In this document: piece by piece, positions 60,657 through 64,000 of the stretch
How positions within the stretch are numbered: the stretch's first letter is position 1
Layout: each line of letters starts with the position of its first letter
DNA from: a phage
Assembly (NCBI GenBank): GCA_012178725.1
Contig: GCA_012178725.1_3030.1
Length of the DNA: 64,000 nucleotides
Reading direction: 5' to 3' (one strand)
Program-made: the position numbers and the translations under genes
Notes under the pieces: generated by a model
What the model saw: the letters and a program-made list of their open reading frames with translations, nothing else
What the model was told of the DNA's origin: nothing
Databases searched by the model: none

Positions 60657-60686
60657 AGTTTTGTGAAAAATTTTTAAAATAAAAAA

Positions 60687-60705
60687 GGGGACCCTAGAGG
60701 TCCCC
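60687..60705 (-). terminator. Gene 32 intrinsic terminator ggggacc-ctaga-ggtcccc followed by a T-run
   Basis: Minus strand reads hairpin then ttttttattttaaaaattttt. Confidence 0.75.
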
Positions 60706-60727
60706 AATTAATTAGTAATATAATCTA

Positions 60728-61636
60728 TTAAAGGTCATTCAAAAGGTCATCCAGGTCCGTGTCATCAGCACTAGATGAACTGCCAGAGCTTGAGCTCATA
60801 AAATCATCTTCAGTTTTTGTATTGAAGTCATCAACATTGAATGCATCCAAATCATCAGCAACTTTATCAGCTTTCTTAGCAGCAGTTGCAGCGGCACCGC
60901 CCATCACAGCAGTTCCCATAACTTGACCGAATTTAGTGCTCAGTTCTTCAAATGATTTGAATTTATCTTTAGAAGTCATTTCAGAAAGGTCAACCATTTG
61001 TTCGAACAGTTCTTTCTGGAAAGATTCATCGTCAATGTTTGGAATAGCAGATTGATTCAGGAATTTAGATTCATCGTAGTTACTAAATCCAGAAACCTGT
61101 TTAACTTTCAGTACAAAGTTAGCACCTTCCCACGGACAAGTTACATCAACCGGAGTTTCACCCATTTCAACATCAACCGCAATCATCGCGTTGATTTTAT
61201 CCCAGATTTTCTTACCGAAACGATATTTAAATACTTTACCTTCATTTTCTGGAGCAGCTGGGTCTTTTACTACAAGAATGTTAGCCCAGTAAGAAGTTTT
61301 ACGTTTAACAAGACCGTACTCTTTATTGTCAGTGTTGTACAAATCATTTTTACTGATGTACTGACATACTGGACAAGAATCGTAATCACCGTAGGTAGAT
61401 GAGCATGTTTCGATATACCATTTACCATTTTTCTTGAAACCGTGATTTACAAGAAGTGCGAATGGTGCTTGTTCATCATTTTTAGACGGAAGAAAACGAA
61501 TTACTGCTTGACCGTTACCCGCATTGTCGAGTTTCAGTTTCCACTCGCCTTTATCTTCAGAAGAAAAACCACCTTTATTTCCAGCCAGTTTAGCCATTTG
61601 CGCAGCGAGTTCAGCAGTAGATTTACGTTTAAACAT
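60728..61636 (-). CDS. 32: Single-stranded DNA-binding protein gp32
   Basis: 302 aa; [17 protein letters not shown]... with acidic Ser-rich C-terminus. Confidence 0.98.
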   Translation of the reverse strand: MFKRKSTAELAAQMAKLAGNKGGFSSEDKGEWKLKLDNAGNGQAVIRFLPSKNDEQAPFALLVNHGFKKNGKWYIETCSSTYGDYDSCPVCQYISKNDLYNTDNKEYGLVKRKTSYWANILVVKDPAAPENEGKVFKYRFGKKIWDKINAMIAVDVEMGETPVDVTCPWEGANFVLKVKQVSGFSNYDESKFLNQSAIPNIDDESFQKELFEQMVDLSEMTSKDKFKSFEELSTKFGQVMGTAVMGGAAATAAKKADKVADDLDAFNVDDFNTKTEDDFMSSSSGSSSSADDTDLDDLLNDL

Positions 61637-61703
61637 TTTTATTTCCTTTTTAATTTAATTAACAGTTGGTGCTATGACGATGTATGACCTCATAGCTGGT
61701 CAG
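61637..61703 (-). promoter_or_regulatory. Gene 32 translational operator: H-type pseudoknot (61668-61703) plus unstructured A/U-rich leader (61637-61666) bound by gp32 for autoregulation
   Basis: Minus strand CTGACCAGCTATGAGGTCATACATCGTCATAGCACC then AACTGTTAATTAAATTAAAAAGGAAATAAAA-ATG. Confidence 0.8.
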
Positions 61704-61719
61704 TGAGATAATTATAATC

Positions 61720-61727
61720 TATTTATA
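61720..61727 (-). promoter_or_regulatory. Late promoter core TATAAATA upstream of the gene 32 operator
   Basis: Exact motif on the minus strand. Confidence 0.5.
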
Positions 61728-61735
61728 ATAAGCAA

Positions 61736-62389
61736 TTAATACTTACAAGATTTCACAGTTTCAATGAAAACATTTTTAGCTTTCTGTGAATCAATATTTA
61801 AAATTTTTCTATAAGCCTTTAACTTTATAGAATAATTATTCCAGACTAAATTATCAGTCTGTTCATCGTGTTTATCAATTATATTTAAAAACGAATCAAG
61901 CAAGATAAACGTCTCAAACGAAATTATGTTCGATTGCAGAAGTTTAAAAATATAACTTGACTGAACCTTTGGATTATATTCAAAGATTTCTTTAAAAGCA
62001 GAAACTTCAACTTTTTTACTAAAATAGTAAATGTTGCGAATATCTTCTTCAAACTTAAATTTAATTTGCTTTAAGCGTCCGATATATTCACGATAAAACA
62101 CAAGTGCATCAGCGTCAGAGATGTCACCAATCCAAGCATCTTGGTTAGCAACCAAATTGCTTATAAAGATTAAAGCAAGTTCCTTTAATTTATATTTTTC
62201 TGATAACTTCTGGAAAAAATACTTATCCCTTCGCTTTTGATAAGCGGCATCAGACACCCGCATGCACCAGTTATACTTAATAACATCATACTTTCCATTC
62301 ATATGCTGTTTTATCATTAAGTATAATTTATAAACTGATTTACCATCAATGTATCTTTCACCACCAGCAGGCATGCGGAGTTTAATCAT
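61736..62389 (-). CDS. 59: gp59 helicase loader
   Basis: 217 aa; MIKLRMPAGGERYIDGKSVYKLYLMIKQH... Confidence 0.97.
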   Translation of the reverse strand: MIKLRMPAGGERYIDGKSVYKLYLMIKQHMNGKYDVIKYNWCMRVSDAAYQKRRDKYFFQKLSEKYKLKELALIFISNLVANQDAWIGDISDADALVFYREYIGRLKQIKFKFEEDIRNIYYFSKKVEVSAFKEIFEYNPKVQSSYIFKLLQSNIISFETFILLDSFLNIIDKHDEQTDNLVWNNYSIKLKAYRKILNIDSQKAKNVFIETVKSCKY

Positions 62390-62724
62390 AGTAGAAAATC
62401 TAATGTATTAGTTTTTTCACAACGAACAACAGAAGGACGTAAAAGATTTTCGTCAATGGCTTCTGACTGAATTTTTTCAATTATACCCGAAGGAATAAAT
62501 TTAGCAAATTGAGTTTCAGGAATAGAATTTTCTTCTAAGAATGCTGTTGTAGCTTCAAGATAACTCATTCCAAACTCTTCTACCATTTTTTCAATAATAA
62601 ATCCGTTTTCTTGACGATCAAGAAGCTTTGCTATTTCATCCTTTTCTTTCTTGATTGAAAGTTCTTTTTCTGAAAGACCGGTCTCATCGACCGGACGAAT
62701 ATCATTTAGAGAAAACTGTGTCAT
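62386..62724 (-). CDS. 33: gp33 late transcription co-activator
   Basis: 112 aa from MTQFSLNDIRPVDETGLSEKE... Confidence 0.9.
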   Translation of the reverse strand: MTQFSLNDIRPVDETGLSEKELSIKKEKDEIAKLLDRQENGFIIEKMVEEFGMSYLEATTAFLEENSIPETQFAKFIPSGIIEKIQSEAIDENLLRPSVVRCEKTNTLDFLL

Positions 62725-62971
62725 AAAGTTCAACTACCTCTTCGGTTTCAGCTTCAAACACATCACGGTTATCTTTATGATACAAAGCTAATAGACGATT
62801 AAACATCTTACCATCAACGCCAAGTTCATCTTTGGCACGAATTCGAATATCTTTAATCAGTTCATTATAACCGGAAATTTTCAGTTTATGATCAGATGCT
62901 TCTTTAATAAATTTAGCCAAGTCTTCGCCGTGGATAGCTTCATCAAATTCAACCATTTCTTTTTTAGCCAT
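62702..62971 (-). CDS. dsbA: DsbA double-stranded DNA-binding protein (late transcription enhancer)
   Basis: 89 aa; position between 33 and rnh. Confidence 0.85.
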   Translation of the reverse strand: MAKKEMVEFDEAIHGEDLAKFIKEASDHKLKISGYNELIKDIRIRAKDELGVDGKMFNRLLALYHKDNRDVFEAETEEVVELYDTVFSK

Positions 62972-62979
62972 TATTCACC

Positions 62980-63897
62980 TCAAAATTCATTAATGCTATT
63001 AGTTAATTTAGAAAGACCCGCTTTTACAAAATATGAATAAATTTTGCCACGCGGTGGTAATTTATATGAATTATAGTAATTCACAATGTTTGAAGCAATA
63101 TTATCAGGAATATAATCAAAATCAATTAAAACTAAATTTTCTTTATAACGATTATATTCAGATTCTGTGAGAAGCACCTTAGCTTGCTCACGGTCATTAG
63201 CAATAGCTTCAACGATTGAAGTTTTCATTGAAGGAGTTCGTTCACCTTCAACTCTAGTAAACCAAAAGTCAGATCGTACTTTAACTGAAGCAACGTTATC
63301 CTTTTTGTCGCCTTTAAGGATTTTAGTCATACAGTCAATTTCAGCAGAACCGCTTTTAATTTTAACCCATTTCTTATGCATCGGTGACCATTGCTTAACA
63401 TTTGGATATTTGTGAAGCTGAGTGAAGTCACCATCCGATGAAATGATCAAAATCTTATGTCCTTCTAAAGAGAACTTTTTAACAAGAACAGCAATGTGGT
63501 CATCTGCTTCATACTTATCAATATCCATAACAATGTATGGCATATAAGCTTTCAATTCATCTATAACTTTATGACTGGATTCAAAATAACCTTCCCAGTC
63601 CCAAGTAGATTCTTCTCGTGCTTTTCCACGGTTTTTCTTGTAATAATACGCGAAATCACGACGCCAGTATCCAGATTTCGCGTTATCAATACACAGTACA
63701 ATTTTAGTGTATCCAAGCGTTTTTGCTTTTTTGACATTAAACTTAATTGAGTTCAATATCAAATGACGAACCATTGATAAATTAATTTTTTCTTTATCTG
63801 GGAAGTTTACCAGAGCAGTTGAAAGCGCAATTTGACTAAAGTCAATAAAGCAAATTCCTTCTTTGTAATCTTCATCCAGCATCATTTCTAAATCCAT
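62980..63897 (-). CDS. rnh: RNase H (5'-3' exonuclease / flap endonuclease)
   Basis: 305 aa from MDLEMMLDEDYKEGIC... Confidence 0.97.
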   Translation of the reverse strand: MDLEMMLDEDYKEGICFIDFSQIALSTALVNFPDKEKINLSMVRHLILNSIKFNVKKAKTLGYTKIVLCIDNAKSGYWRRDFAYYYKKNRGKAREESTWDWEGYFESSHKVIDELKAYMPYIVMDIDKYEADDHIAVLVKKFSLEGHKILIISSDGDFTQLHKYPNVKQWSPMHKKWVKIKSGSAEIDCMTKILKGDKKDNVASVKVRSDFWFTRVEGERTPSMKTSIVEAIANDREQAKVLLTESEYNRYKENLVLIDFDYIPDNIASNIVNYYNSYKLPPRGKIYSYFVKAGLSKLTNSINEF

Positions 63898-63959
63898 ATG
63901 AACCTCGTTCAATTAGTGAGATTTCTATTATATACCATCCAAATCTTAAAGTAAACAAG

Positions 63960-63967
63960 TATAAATA
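63960..63967 (+). promoter_or_regulatory. Late promoter core TATAAATA with AGGAG at 63989-63993, for a plus-strand gene starting just past the window (gene 34 position)
   Basis: Exact motif and Shine-Dalgarno at the window edge. Confidence 0.5.
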
Positions 63968-64000
63968 CTTATTATTGAAAACACAATAGGAGCCCGGGAG

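Overview
This window is a contiguous segment of a T4-like (Tequatrovirus-type) myophage genome, colinear with coliphage T4 from gene 9 through rnh. Gene identities are assigned from recognisable protein sequence in the ORF track and from T4 gene order recalled from memory; no database search was run. Plus-strand late genes run from baseplate gp9-gp12 and fibritin (wac, with its C-terminal foldon) through neck, terminase, sheath, tube, portal, prohead core, protease, scaffold and capsid (gp13-gp24), then uvsW and baseplate hub genes 51-27-28-29-48-54. The minus strand carries rnlB, hoc, inh, uvsY, gp25, gp26, tandem alt genes, DNA ligase (30), rIII, gp31, cd, pseT, a spanin pair, alc, rnlA, denA, nrdB, nrdA, td, frd, gp32, gp59, gp33, dsbA and rnh. 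Regulatory signals are the canonical T4 types: TATAAATA late promoters, GTTTAC-N18-TAnnAT early promoters with TGn extension, MotA-box middle promoters, GC hairpins with UUCG or GNRA loops, and the gene 32 pseudoknot operator. I found no convincing wholly new multi-gene system. The loci that depart from the T4 layout as I recall it are: an HNH endonuclease-like ORF between genes 18 and 19; a Hoc with an extra Ig-like domain from a tandem duplication; two tandem Alt ADP-ribosyltransferase paralogs; a small gene upstream of nrdA split by a frameshift at a homopolymer; a small ORF translationally coupled between frd and td; a self-contained small basic-protein gene next to a 200-bp ORF-free stretch; and a near-identical early promoter/leader cassette at two distant sites. 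td and nrdB are uninterrupted, and no seg/mob genes sit at their T4 positions.
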